Notes: a model not told the origin generated them from the letters alone. A DNA stretch of 64,000 nt from Thecamonas trahens ATCC 50062 (GCF_000142905.1 NW_013657659.1:1-64000); one strand, 5' to 3'. Shown: positions 23,518 to 36,612, counted from the first letter of the stretch. Program-made: numbers and translations.

Positions 23518-24187
23518 CAGACTAAGAGATAGAGACCAACAAAGACCACCACAGAGTATGTGCCCTTATGTGGTGCTGTTTGTCTATGCGTAGAGAGTGA
23601 GCTGTGTCCCCCCCCCCCCCCCCCCCCCCCCCCCTCCCCCCCCCGCACCCGCGCAGTGCAAACCTGTGCTGTTGATCAGTGGGTCGACCGGCAGTCGCTC
23701 GTTCGTCGATTATCTGACGTGGGATGAATCATTGGGCGGCCAATACTCGCACATGCTACTTGCCCACAACGAGGAGATGGAGGAAAGAGTGCACGCCATG
23801 GGGCAGGCTGTGGGCGTGAAGGGGACGGGCAGAGAAATTGAAGAGGGGAGGGGAGGAGGGGGAGAGGGGGGCGCTGAGCTTGGTTGCCTCGCAGCCTGCC
23901 ATCAATAACCATACTCCGACTACGATCTTAGTAGATCCCCCCTCCCCCCTCCGGTTCTCACATCGATCAGAGATCTCCCATTTTACCCGCTGCACCCAAC
24001 TCGCGCCAACGAACCCACCCCGCCCCCCCCCCCCACCGTCCAACCTCCTCGCCGGCACCCCTCTCCACAGCCACTGTCAGCGGCACGAGGAGGGTGACAA
24101 CTCTGTCAATGTCGTACTCGTCCAACTCTGACTCTGCATGCTCAGCCACAGAAGACCACCTCGCCGGAAGCGCCAGCTTTGTGCGAC

Positions 24188-27100
24188 ATGGAAGCGGTGT
24201 CAGCAGCGGTGTCGGCAGCGGTGGCAGCACTCACCGGAATCAGTCTTCGTAGCTCGCGAGAAGGAAGCAGTCTTCGTAGCTCGCGAGAAGGAAGTAGTCT
24301 CCGCAGCTCGCGAGAAGGGAGCAATCGTCGAGGAAGTGGTCGTGGAAGACATGGTCCTGGTCATGGTGGTGATGGGGGAGTGAGGCAACGACCTCGTCGA
24401 CAAGGAGCGAATGACTCGACCGACAAGCTACTGACACCAAGGACAAAGGAGACTTTGGTCTTCAATATGGATGCTGATGGCAAGATGGTGAAGGGTGTGC
24501 CTATGGCGCTCTCTGGATCGCAAGCCGACATTTCAAAGTCGTTGAGAAAGTTTCGCAGAGAGATGAAGGCCGATCAAGCCGCTCATATGGCCGCTACCTC
24601 GTCGTCTATCGCTTCTATGGACATTGGCTTTCTCTCGCCAGCTGCCATCGCAGCAAGCCCGTCTCCATCTCCGTCTCCGTCTCCGTCTCCGTCTCCGCAC
24701 TCGTCCTCGATCCCGGCTTTGGCGAATACCTCGAACGTACACGTCTCGTCGACGCCAGATGTTGACTCGGTGCACTCAAACGAGTCGATGGACTCGGCTA
24801 TCTCGAGCGCTGGGTCGAGTGGGCTCTCGTCGCTGGTTCCTTCGCGACGGGCGCGAAGTGGACGGAGCGGCGGCTCGCTGCTGCAGTCGGCGGCGCTCAA
24901 CGCGGCCCGGGCGGCGGCGGCCGAGCTTGCGGCCCGGTCCGACTCGGACGACGATGCCGCATGTGGTAGCGAGTCGGACTCGGCGTCAGTCTTTAATGCC
25001 TCGATGTCAAGCGTACTGACCGAGGGATCCGCATCGTTTGCCGGCATGGGCAGTGCCTTCCCGGACCTCTCGTCGTCCAACGAGCCGCTGGCGGCGACGT
25101 CGGCAGAGCCTGGCCAAGCGTCGCGGACCATCAACGGCGTGCGCGCGCGTGCAAATTCCAAGACGAGGGTCACTTCGGGGCCACAGTCTGGCAATGTGAG
25201 CAACTCGCTCAACCAGTCACTAGACGGGGTGGCGTGGCAGCGAGTGGGCCGAAGCGTCAAGCCCGGCCCGCGGACAGAAACTATGGAGCTGACGAACCTC
25301 ATCGCGGACTTTAAGCGCGAGCAAGAGCTGCGGCAGCAGGCCGAGCAGGCACGGCTGACGGCAGCGCGGCTGGCGGCCGAGACTGAGCGGCGCAAGGCAC
25401 TGATGCGCAAGCGCATTGTGTATCACACGCTGCCCGGCGGCGACGCGCCCCACTCGGCGCTGCTCTCGGCCTCCAAGGCCCACGACGGCATCATTCTCTC
25501 GCTGGCGGCCAACACGTTCTTTGTGGACAAGTTTGCCACCGGCTCACACGACGGCAAGGTCAAGGTGTGGACGCTGGTCGAGGACGAGGCCCACCAAAAG
25601 TACCCAAGGAGCAGTACGTGCTCGCCTCGCATGCTGCGCCGGTCCACTCGGTCGGCTGGCACCCAGACGGCATGGTGCTGGCAACAACTGGCAAGGACAA
25701 CAAGGTCCGGCTCTGGGAAGGCTCCGAGTGCAAGGAGGTGCTTGACCTTGACTCGCCGGGCTTCTCGCTCGAGTTTTCGCTGTTTGGCAAGCACGTGGCG
25801 GTGGCCTCGATGCGCAACGTCAAGATCTTTGACACAGAGACGTGCAAGATCATCCAAAAGCTGCCTGCGCACGCGCTCAACGTGTACTCGTGCGCGTACC
25901 ACCCCGGCTCGCTCTCGCTCATGGTTACTGCCGGCGACGACAATATGGTCAAGTTGTGGGACGTCGACTCCGGGAAAGTGGTCCAGACGCTGCGTCACCA
26001 CTCGTCGTGGGTCTACTCGGCGCAGTTTTCGCCCGATGGCCAGTCGCTCATCACTGCGTCGGCGGACGGCACCTCGTTCATCTACAAGCTCGGCCAGGAG
26101 GAACCGCTCCTCCGTATCCGCCCCAGCTTGGGCGCCGTGTACACGGCCTCGCTCTGGGGCGACGTCGCGTACCTGGGCGGGCAGGATCCTATCGTCCGCG
26201 GCTTCTCGCCGCTTACCGGCGAGCCGCTGGTCGAGGTCAAGGGTCACGTCGGCGCTGTCCGCGACATTGCCTACCTCCCGCACTCGTACACGCTGCTCTC
26301 GGTCGGCTCGGACGCGCAGCTCTGCCAATGGAACGTCCGCACCCCGCTTGAGACCGCGCTCGCTGCCGAGTCCAAGGAGCTGGAGCGCAAGCTGTCGCAG
26401 ACCCTCTCGGCGCAGATCCGATCCGAGGACAACGTCACCGCGCCGGCGCCAGAGGCGGTGGCGACGTCCTCGGTCCGCTCGCTCGCGCCGCCGTCGCGTC
26501 GCTCGTCGCGGTCTACCCCGCGCAACCCGCCGCCTTCGTCCGCCAACTCGCCCGGCTCGGACGACCTGGGCACTCCGCGCTCGCTTGCCGACTCGGCCCT
26601 CTCGTACGAGTACGATTACGCCGACGTCTTGGTCCGGGTCGGCGACGACGGCGAGCTCGTCGAGCTTGATCCCGACGACGCCGAGCGAGTCCGCAACGAG
26701 CTCGGTGACGACATTCTTTCCATCTGCGACGTTAGCAACTATGGCGAGTACGACTATGACTACGACTACGACTACGAGTATGCCTACCGCGACGACGCCG
26801 GCAACATCGTGCTTCGCAGCGGTGTGGTCTCATCCGGTGTGGCCTCAACTCCGTCGTCGCGCCGCTCTTCGCGCCGCCCGTCGGCTGCCTCTAGCCGTGC
26901 CACTAGGGAGACGCCGGCACGCCGCTCGTCACGCCGCTCGTCGCGCCGCTCGTCACGTCGGTCGTCGAGGGCCAAGTCGTCAGTGTCGCGGTCGCCGTCA
27001 CTCCCAGGCATCGCCCTCGACGCGCCGTTTGTAGCAGCCGCACGCCGCATGGAGCAGCAGGCGGCGCTGACAACGATGACATCGGCCTCTTTGGGCTCGT

Positions 27101-27747
27101 TTGAGGCACCCAAGCGGATGCGGCTCTCACCGTCGGATGCGTCAATCCCTTCGCTGCCTGACAGTCGCTTCAGGCGCGAGTCGTCCGTCTCGGAGGACTC
27201 TTCTGCCTCCGATGCAACCAACCGCCGGGTTCGGTTCGTCAACTCGTCGCTATTCACAGTCAAGCTCATTCGGTTCCGCGGAGTAAGCACATCAGGTGAG
27301 AAGTTCACGTCGTCGTCGACCGGCCACAAGGCCTCGCTCAGCATCCCAGGCCTCAAGCATCCGTTCTTTGAGATCCTTGTTGGCCGGCAGGTCCGCGACG
27401 TCAGAGACAACTGGAGGGGACACGTCCTCACCTACGCAGACATACTCGCCGACTCGTCGACGCCACATCTGCTCGGCTCGGATCTAGCGCTCGAGGCGTA
27501 TCTGTTTGACGACGCCGACGACGGCGGTAACGTCTCCTCGTACGGCTCCATCGGACTCGGCTTCCTCGGCCTCTCGCCGCTCACATCCGATGGCAACACA
27601 CCCGAGCCGGTACACGTCTGGCTCCCGCTGTATGGCGAGCTCGACATGGAGCTCCTCGTCGAGGTTGGAATCACACCAAACCTCGAGGGCATCACCCGTG
27701 CGCCGCAGTCGCCATCACCATTTCTGTCGCTCGACCCCGACCTATGA
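24188..27747 (+). CDS. WD40-repeat protein with long low-complexity N-terminus and possible C2-like C-terminal domain; -1 frame break near 25596-25605
   Basis: The first WD repeat (AHDGIILSLA..FATGSHDGKVKVW) is in ORF 24179. The remaining repeats (SHAAPVHSVGWHPDG..., AHALNVYSCAYHP..., HHSSWVYSAQFSPDG..., GHVGAVRDI) are in ORF 25567. Confidence 0.82.
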
Positions 27748-28075
27748 CTCCCCGCCCAAGTTGCCGCACACCAGAAAAAGCGCCAACCTGATACCCCTCT
27801 CCCCCCTCCCATCGCTCCCCCCCCGTCCACCGTCATCACCCACATTGCCACCTCACACACCTAACCAACTACATCACAGCATATTCCAACACCCATCCCA
27901 TCCTCCCTAACTCCTCCCAAGCCGTACGCCGACTCTCACTCAGAACCCCCCCCCCCCCCCCCCCAAAAAAAAAAAAAAAAAAAAAAGAGGCGGACACACA
28001 CCCCCCTTGCCCGACCCGCCACGGTCTGCCCCCGGCCACGGCCACGACCAGCCCTGGCCACTTTACTTCCGTCAT

Positions 28076-30876
28076 ATGAGCGACACACGACAGCTTTTGA
28101 TTTCGCTTGACAGCTTGGAGCAAGTGCAAGCACCGCTCTCCACAATAGGCGGCAAGGCAGCTGGGTTGGGCAAACTCTGCGGTGTGGTGGGCGAGGGTAA
28201 GGCAGGGTATGTCCCTCCTGGCTGTGTCCTCACCACAGAGGCATTTCAGGTACAACTGGATTTTTATCGCTGACACCTGCCAGACTCCGGGAGGCGTACA
28301 CATCGAACGGCTCGCTGAATGACATCAGTAATGCCATGACTGCCTCTGGTTTAGCCCCATCTCTTTGGCATGCTATTGATGAGTGTCTGGATGTGGTTCG
28401 TGCTCGCTGGGCGGCTGAGGAAGGTAGCTTGCGCCATGATCGGTTCTTTGCCGTGAGATCGTCGGGAACCAAGGAGGATGCTGTGGACCAGTCGTTTGCG
28501 GGGCAGTACGAGACTGTGCTCAATGTTCCCGCTGAGCGAGGCGCATTAGCTGATGCAGTGCTTGCTTGCTACGCCTCGCAATTTTCGGATCACGCAGCGA
28601 GCTACCTCGGCTCGCTCGCCGACGACGAGCCGCTGCCGGCGATGGCTGTTGTCATGCAGGAGCAAGTCGACCCGGTAGCCGCGGGCGTGCTGTTTACCGT
28701 CAATCCGGGAACCTCAAGTGCCAACGAGATGGTGGTCGAGGGCGTGTGGGGACTTGGCGAGGGGCTCGTGTCCGGAACGCTGACGCCGTCATCAGTGGTA
28801 ATCGACGCCGCAAGCGGTGAGATGGTGCTCGACCGGAACCCAGAAGGCCAGCAGGAGCGCAAGCTGGTGTGTGCAGCAGGGGGTGGGCACGAGTGGACGG
28901 CAACGACTGCCACCGAGGCCGCCTGCTCGCCGCTCACGCCAGAGCTGCTTGCTGCTCTGGCGGCAGCCGGGCAGGCGGTGTCACGGGCGATGGGGCCGGC
29001 CGACATCGAGTGGTGCGCCACGGGCGACGGTCGAGTGGCGCTGGTCCAGGCACGGCCAATCACCTCGCTCAGCTTTGCGCGCGGAACGCCTGTGGCGTAC
29101 ATGATCCAGGCCGACCGCACGTCGCCGCTTGACGAGCTACTTGCGGTCCGCGGCTTTGGCGACGCGCTGCATCACATCGCATCGGTAACGACGTGGTTTG
29201 ACGGCGATCCCGAGTTTGTCCTCCCTCAACCAGCTCAACTAGTCACGTTTTACTTTGGACGTGGCTACGGGTTTGCCGACGTCATGGCCGTCTACCACGG
29301 GCTGAAGGAGCAGTACACGCAAGCCGATCTCGCGGCGCTCGAGCCGTGGTGGCGCGAAGCGCAGGCGCTGGAAGACCGGTTTCTGCTTGAGCTCCACCAG
29401 CGATCTGTGGTCGACGCCGCGCTCGCAAAGCACGGCCTGGCAGCAGCGGACACGGCAGTCGATACGTCCCCGGATCGTGTGGCGCAGCTGATGGCCTTTT
29501 ACTCGGCAGCATGCAAGATGTCGTGGGCGATGGGCTTTATGGCCGAGCTGGCCGAGACGGAGGCTCAGCGGGCGCTGTCGACGGCGCACGGGTCGGGCGA
29601 CATTACCGAGAGCACGCCGCGGTTTGTGCTCGGCAAACTGGTCTCCAACGTGTCTCGGCGACACCACGCCACCGCCAAGCAGCCGATGCTAGACCTGATG
29701 GCGCTCGCGCGGAGCGTGAGCCGCGACAGCGAGGTGCGGCGAGTGGTGCTTGATGCAGCGGCAGCGAGTTCGGGTGGCATCGTCGGCCCGGGCCTGGTGA
29801 GAATGCTGCGGGTCGAGGCTGCGGGGACAGAGATCGCCGGTGCACTCGAGAGCTTTCTCCGGACCTGGTACTGGATGGCAGACGAGGACTGGGACTCGTG
29901 GTGCGTGCACTGGTCGGAGGATCCGTCATTTCCGCTCGCCATGTTCGTGCAGATGGTCAAGGCCGGAGGCGACCGAGGGTCGTCGTCGTCGTCATCGTCG
30001 TCATCGTCAAATGACGAAAGCAGCGGACAACCGCCGTTGCTGCGGCGAATGACGACAGCGTCGCAGATTTACGCGACTGAGATCGAGCGGCTTAAGGCCG
30101 TGCTCGGGAACGACCAGCACGAGGCACTGGTGGCGGTGGCGCGGCTCCGCAAGTACCTCGAATGGAAGGAGCGAGTTCATGTGGTGTATGTTCGGGCCGG
30201 ATTTGAGCTGAAGATGACGCTTCTCGCCATCGAGGCCGAGCTGGTTGCTCGCGACGTGCTCGAGGAGGGGCGGGCGGACCACAGCATGGCGCATGTGACG
30301 CCCGAAGCGTACGCAGCGTACGCGGCCGGGCGCGATAGCGGCGGAGAAGCACTGCGCAAGGTGGTGGAGGACATCGGGTACACAAGCGCGGTGTGGTCGC
30401 ACCTGGAGGCGCCGTACCAGGTCGGACGGACGTTCCAGGCGCAGCGTGCCGGCGACGGGGCCAGCAACGTTGAGCTCGGCATCAGCGAGGCAGAGCTGGC
30501 GGAGCTCCGTGCGCACGGAATGGTCCTGCGTGGGCTGCCGATCTCGCCAGGGCGAAGCGGGGTACCCGTGCGCGGGCGGGCGCGGGTGATCAGCTCGCTG
30601 GCCGAGGCTGGGAGCGTCCAAGGCGGTGATATACTGGTGACGGCGACGACGTCGCCGGCGTGGACGCCGCTCTTTGGCCTCATCGGCGGCCTTGTGCTCG
30701 AGGACGGCGGAATGCTGTCGCACGGCGCAGTGGTGGCGCGCGAGTTTGGACTCCCGGCCGTGTCGGGCATTCGCGGGGCAACAAGCGTGGTGCAGACCGG
30801 CGACGAGCTGGTGGTTGACGGCGAGGACGGCAGTGTGATGGTGTTGGGGCAGGAAGAGAGGAAAGCAAACAAGTGA
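28076..30876 (+). CDS. PEP-synthase-related dikinase with rifampin phosphotransferase/PigC architecture (ATP-grasp, substrate domain, C-terminal His swivel domain); -1 frame break at 28261-28265
   Basis: IGGKAAGLG..VPPGCVLTTEAF, FAVRSSG..ED....SFAGQYET, MAVVMQE, GVWGLGEGLVSG, DIEW, LVQARPIT; C-terminal TSPAWTPLF..GGMLSHGAVVAREFGLPAV. No PEP-binding TIM barrel is present. Confidence 0.9.
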
Positions 30877-30924
30877 CGGGCACGCGCGAGGCGTGGCGAG
30901 CGAGCAAAAAAACTCATTTACTGC

Positions 30925-32431
30925 TTAGGCGCGGTAGCCGACCATCTGGCGGTAGAAGGCACGCTTGGCCCGGGCAGCGGCCTGGGCCTTCTCCTGGGTG
31001 GCGAAGCGCTTCTTCTTCTGCGAGACCTTGCGGCCGGCCTTCTGGGCCTCGGCAGCCTTGATGATCGCGCGCTTGCGGGCGATGACGTACGGGTTGAGGG
31101 CGTACATCTGGGTGTTGTTGACAAGCGGGTTCTTGCGGCGGTGGATGTTGAGCTTGACACCCTGCTTGGCCGGGCGGACAACCGACTGGATCTCCTCGGA
31201 GTTGATGATACGCGAGATGTCGGTCGAGCTGAGGATGGCGCGCGGCAGGTGGTAGTTGTTCTTGAGGGTCGACGGGGCAGTCTGCGAGCCGTAGAGGGCC
31301 TCGAGGTGCTCAAAGGCAGCCTGCGACCAGATGACGAAGCGGCCGATGTGGCCACCCGGGGCAAGCTGGAGGAGGTTGAGGCGCTCGACGGAGCAGGTCT
31401 CGACACCCGGCAGGTTGCGGAAGGCGCGCGAGACACCGTTGTCGTTGAGGTAGATGACAAGCGGGCCGCGGCGCTGGACGTAGCGGCGGTTCCGCATCTT
31501 ACCCTTGCCGGCACGAAGGCGGCGCGAGGCGATGACGCGGTCGACGTCAGCGTGGGCGCCGTGGGCGGCGAGGATGGCAGCAGCCTCCTTGGTCTTCTTC
31601 ACCGACTCGACGTCGTTGGAGAGGACGAGCGGGATCTCGGCGACCTTCTCGACGCGGTGACCACGGGCCATGACCAGCGGGGCGACCGCCGAGGCAGCGA
31701 TGGCCGACACCAGGGCAAAGCGGCGCTGGTTGAGGTTGATCTTGCGGTGCCACTTGCGCCAGGTCTTGGTCGGGGCGAACATCCGACCGCCACGGCACAT
31801 GTTACCGAAGGCACCCTGGCCGGCACGGTGGGTACCACCACCGTTGACACGCGGGATACGCGAGACAGCGCGGCCAGTGCCCCACGAGATGGCGGCAACC
31901 TGGTGACCGGCAGCCGAGTGAACGGCGTAAGCCTGGCGGCGGTTCTTGGCCATGTCGCGGTAGACGTGGTGGACAACGTCAGGGCGGATGGGGGCGGTGA
32001 AGACACCCGGGAGCGGCACGTTGGCCACAACCTCCGAAGCCTTGTTGGCGGCAAAGACCTGAACGACAGCACGAGTCGACTACAATCATACACAGAGCGG
32101 GGGAGGGAAGGGGGGAGGGAGAGCGTGAGGCACGGGCGGGGTGGCGGGGGGGTGGCGGGGTGGCGGGGAGGGGAGGGGATGGAAGGGGATGGTGAAGATT
32201 TGACGGTCGCTTCAAAAAAATCAGACAAAGACGGCGGCGGAAAAGGGCGCAAGCCATGGCGGACTTGGTTGGCGGGGGCGGGGAGGGGGGGGAAGAGGAT
32301 GGAGGATACGGATTTGGGGGGGAAGTGGTGGGCTTGTGCTAGTGGTGGAGATGACACGGGTGGGGAAGTGCTTGTGCTTGTGGTGTTGTTGGTAGGGCTG
32401 GTGTGGGGGGGGGGGTGGGGGTTCGTACCAT
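30925..32431 (-). CDS. RPL4: 60S ribosomal protein L4 (uL4); exon 1 is the ATG only (32431-32429), exon 2 is 32079-30925
   Basis: [38 protein letters not shown] and [10 protein letters not shown] motifs. Intron GTACGA...TGTAG spans 32428-32080. Confidence 0.97.
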
Positions 32432-32984
32432 TGTGTGAATGGGTAAAGTGTTGATTGATGAGGATGAGATGGCGAGCGAGTCGGTGGCGGGCAAGCAACG
32501 AGCGAACAATCGAACGAATGGACGATCAGCCGAGTCAATCAACGAACGAATGAACCATCGAAACGACACAATCGAACAAAAGATGGGAAGGCCAGGTGCG
32601 AACGAATAAATGAACGTCAGTTAATCGATGGTGTGACGGTGGGCAGGAGGAGTGCGAGTGGAAGCGGGAGCAAACCAGCTCGCGCGAATCGGCCTCCGTG
32701 CAAGCCGACGGGGGGGTATGGTACAGCTATCTAAAGTAACACAAGCTTGATACATAAGAACATTGGCCGAGAGAAAGATCCATGCACTTGCATACGGATT
32801 CATCTACTGATGGATCTGTGATGGGCTACGGATGGGCTCGTGCGAGGAGGAGGCGAGTGCGAGAGGCGAGAGCTCAGCTCGTGTGAACGAGGCGGAGCAA
32901 ACGAGCTCGCGTGGTTGATTTGGTCGGAGTTTGTTTTTCACTTTGGGATTGACGACAGACGTCACCAGCTTTCTCTCATTCACC
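32432..32984. promoter_or_regulatory. Probable bidirectional promoter between divergent RPL4 and RPL8
   Basis: About 550 bp separate the two ATGs. An AT-richer core lies at ~32720-32820 and pyrimidine tracts precede both starts. Function is inferred from position. Confidence 0.6.
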
Positions 32985-34128
32985 ATGGGCCGTGTCATCC
33001 GCCAGCAGCGTAAGGGAGCCGGGTCTGTCTTCCGGTCGCATGTCAAGCGCCGCAAGGGTGCTGCCAAGTTCCGCACGCTCGACTACGCCGAGAAGAACGG
33101 TTACCTCAAGGGTACGTAGTGTGTATGGGTGGTGAGGTCAAGGGCGAGCTTGCGTCGACGATGCGAGCAAAATCAGACACTTTGCCTTGTTTGCCCACGC
33201 CTGCGGCACCACCTGCTCCCATCCCTGCCCAAGCCACTTGTGAGCATGACCAACGGGCCTACCACGTAGTGTATGCGGTGTTGTACATGCTTTTGCAAGG
33301 ACTTGGCATTGTGGTCTGCATTGGCTATGGTTGGGGTGGAGGAAGGAGTGGCGGTCTGGCGGTGTCGCCAGTGCCGCCTCCGATTGATGGCCAATTTTGT
33401 GTTTGTGTGCGCTCTGCGTGACGAGCATGTTGGGGCATGGTATGGGGAATGATTGTGACTTACAGCAGAATGGAATGGTCGGTTGTGTAGGTATCGTGAA
33501 GGAGATCATCCACGACCCTGGACGTGGTGCCCCGCTTGCCCGTGTCCAGTTCCGCGACCCGTACAAGTACCGCCTTAACACGGAGACGTTTATCGCTGCC
33601 GAGGGTATGTACACTGGCCAGTTTGTGTACTGCGGTAAGTCGGCGCAGCTGTCTGTCGGTAACGTCATCCCGCTGTCGGAGCTGCCTGAGGGTACCATTG
33701 TGTGCAACGTTGAGGCCAAGAAGGGCGACCGTGGTACCTTTGCCCGGACGTCTGGCAACTACGCCACCATCATCTCGCACAACCGCGACGACAAGGTCAC
33801 CCGCATCCGCCTCCCGTCGGGCTCCAAGAAGGTCATCCCGTCGACCGCCCGTGCTATGGTCGGCATTGTTGCCGGTGGTGGTCGTACCGACAAGCCGCTC
33901 CTCAAGGCTGGCCGTGCCTACCACAAGTACAAGGTCAAGCGCAACTGCTGGCCGCGCACTCGTGGTGTTGCCATGAACCCGGTTGATCATCCCTTCGGTG
34001 GTGGTAACCACCAGCACATCGGTAAGCCGTCGACCAAGGCCCGCGACGCACCGCCCGGCCAGAAGACCGGTCTCATGGCTGCCCGCCGCACTGGTCTCCG
34101 CCGCGGTTCCAAGAAGAAGCGCGAGTAA
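32985..34128 (+). CDS. RPL8: 60S ribosomal protein L8 (uL2); exons 32985-33111 and 33491-34128
   Basis: [49 protein letters not shown]. Intron is GTACGT...TGTAG. Confidence 0.98.
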
Positions 34129-34195
34129 ACTCGAAGCTCACCAACCGCACGGTGAGAGTGATGAGATGGTTTAGTAAGAGGAGGCATGGTGAAGT

Positions 34196-36328
34196 CTACG
34201 AGGAGTACGCCTCGTCGTCGGATGCGTCGCGGTTGTCATCAGACGAAGAGACGACGTCATAGGTGTAGTCATCGTCCGAGTCCTCGTCGTCGGACGAACC
34301 AAAGAACCGCGTCTTGAACTTGGAGCGGCGGGAGGAGGCGGAAGCGGCAGCAGCCTTGGCTTTGGCCTTGGCCTTGGCAGCAGCCTTCTCCTTGCGGGCA
34401 AGCTCTTCAGCCTTTGCGTCGACGTCGATCGACTCCGAGTTGGACGAGCCGCGGAAGCGGCGTGAGATGGCGCGGAGGCGGGCCATTTCGACGTGAGCGG
34501 CGGTGCCCGGGTTCGGGCGTCGTCCGAGTACGACGAGTTGTCCTCCGAGTCGGCGATCTTCTTGGGCTTGACGTACGGCACAGTGGTACCGTGGCGGTTA
34601 TACGCCGTCGGCTGGGCGTGGGTAAGGAACTTGCCCATAAACGGGAGGTTGAAAAAGACAAAGGGGAGCGAGAAGACACCGTAAAAGACCTTGACAAAGT
34701 GGATCGAGGCGCGGAACTTCCACGTGTCCTCCACCGGGCCGTCCTTGCCGCCGTCGCCATCGGCATCCGCGTCGGTCACCGGCGTCGGACCAAAGTAGAG
34801 CGGGATGGCGACCAGGATGAGAGCGATGAGGAGGACAACCATGTCGTAGTAGAGAAAGGCACGGAGCCGGCCACCGCGGCCCGCGTACCAGGTGCAGCAG
34901 CAGCAGGGCGAGCCCGGCGAGCCGATGGCGTGCTCGTCAAACGACTCGTCGCCGTCGCTCGAGTCCGAGTTCTTGGCCTTGCGCTTGGCGGCCTTGGCCT
35001 TGGCCTTGGCCTTGGCCTTTGCGTGTCGCGGCGTCGGAGGTAGGCACGGGCCTCATCAGGTGAGAGCACGCCGTCGTCATCGTAGTCAAACTTGCGCATG
35101 GCCCGACCGCGGACAATGAGCGAGCGGGCGCCCTTCTTGACCGAGTACGGAAGGAGGACAAAGGCGAGCCACACAATGAGGATCTGGCCGAGGAAGAGGC
35201 CGTACGTCCAGAGCGGCTCACCAGGGCCGTCGCGGTCGCACCGCCCGGTGTGTGCGGTGCAGACGTAGAACTGGACAGCGGAGATGAGCGCAGGGAGGAA
35301 GCCGGTCGTCACAAACTGTAGGCCCTTGAACGAGAGGATAAAGTGGACGAGCTGGTACTCGTCACCCCAATCGATGACGAGGAAGACAATAATGTACAGG
35401 ATCTGCGAAATGCCAAAGACCGGGACCAGCGCCAAGAGCGAGAAGAACCACCAGATCGGGTCCTTGAACGAGCCCCACATGGTCTTGTCCGACGGGAACA
35501 TGTGGTAGAGGAAGAAGGCTCGGATCGGGCGGTACGGGTTCGGGCACCACGACGGCGGCGAGCCCTCCACCACAGGCACCTTCTTGTGGACGCCCGACAG
35601 GACCTTGGACTTGGACTCTTCCTTGACGTCGGGCCAGATCTCTCCGACCATGTCGTCGACACCGCGCTGGACCCATTTGGGCATCTCGGGGTCCTGCATC
35701 AGCCGGATTTCGTTGTCGGGGTGAGGGGGGGGGGGGGATCATAGTTGCAGTCGTTGCCGTCGGCGAAATAGTGATAATCATGATGGTGATTGTAGTCGTT
35801 GTCACGTCGTTGGCAGAGGAAAAGGCAGCATGATCGTGGGCATTAGCGTATCGTACCATTGGCGTGTCGTGGCAGAAGACGAGGCCATTGGCGCGTCGCG
35901 ACGGAACAACGAGTCATCGACGAGAGCCGATGGCCATTTACACATTGATCCATTGATTGATTCATTGAAATCGGTTCGAATCGTTCCGTACCATTCCGCG
36001 CCAACGTCGTAGCCGCCCACACATGAGGCCATAACAAGCAGAATATAGGCATTACAGCAATCAAATCAGCATAGTAGGTAGTCAAGAGATAGTTTGAGTT
36101 GTGGTGAGAAAATGAAGGTGTACAAATGGGGATAACGTGCAAGAGAGTGATGCGGGATAGAGGTACCTTGATGGAGTCAGCAACGACCTTGCCAGCGTAG
36201 TCGAGCGTCCTGTCCAGCACATTGTCGACACCGACTTGCATGACACCGACAACTTCATTAGCTCCAGCAGAGACGACAGAGTCAACTCCCTTGTACGTCT
36301 TGCCAGCCGCAGAACGGAGTCGATTCAT
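34196..36328 (-). CDS. Uncharacterised multi-pass membrane protein; exons 36328-36167 and 35693-34196, two -1 frame breaks (~35019, ~34516)
   Basis: Intron GTACCT...TGCAG joins DSIK|DPEMPKWV. TM segments, DEYQLVHFILSFKGLQF and LTHAQPTAYNRHG continue across successive -1 frames, ending in a KAKAKA/acidic tail. Confidence 0.75.
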
Positions 36329-36612
36329 CTTGTCACTCGATCTTCCGAGAGATGTGCGTGCTCTCGGCTGAACACCAACTACCAAGGCTGCCGCGGTAGA
36401 GTTGCAACTCACACGGCCAGACAGTACCTTTGCTCCCACCTGCCTCTGTCTGTAGACTTGGCCGCTGCCTTGATCAGAGGTGCAGAGAAAGGTTGGTGAA
36501 GAGTGCAAGTGCTGTGCTTTCTTTTCGGGAATGCATCGTGGCGCTGCATCGGAGCCTGGGTTGGCGCGCCTGCGACATCGGACTGCGGCGGGAGGTTGAG
36601 TGGGGGGGGGAG

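Noticed and set aside
28250-28283. Micro-intron (GTACAA...GCCAG) as an explanation of the dikinase frame break
   Set aside because: It is possible in frame terms, but real introns here are ~130-470 nt and the read-through DFLSLTPARL looks coding. Most other breaks lack suitable GT-AG pairs.
32776-32817. Hairpin with CTGA as a box C/D snoRNA; also snoRNAs in the RPL4/RPL8 introns
   Set aside because: Too short and no box C (RTGATGA). No convincing C/D or H/ACA pairs were seen in the introns by eye.
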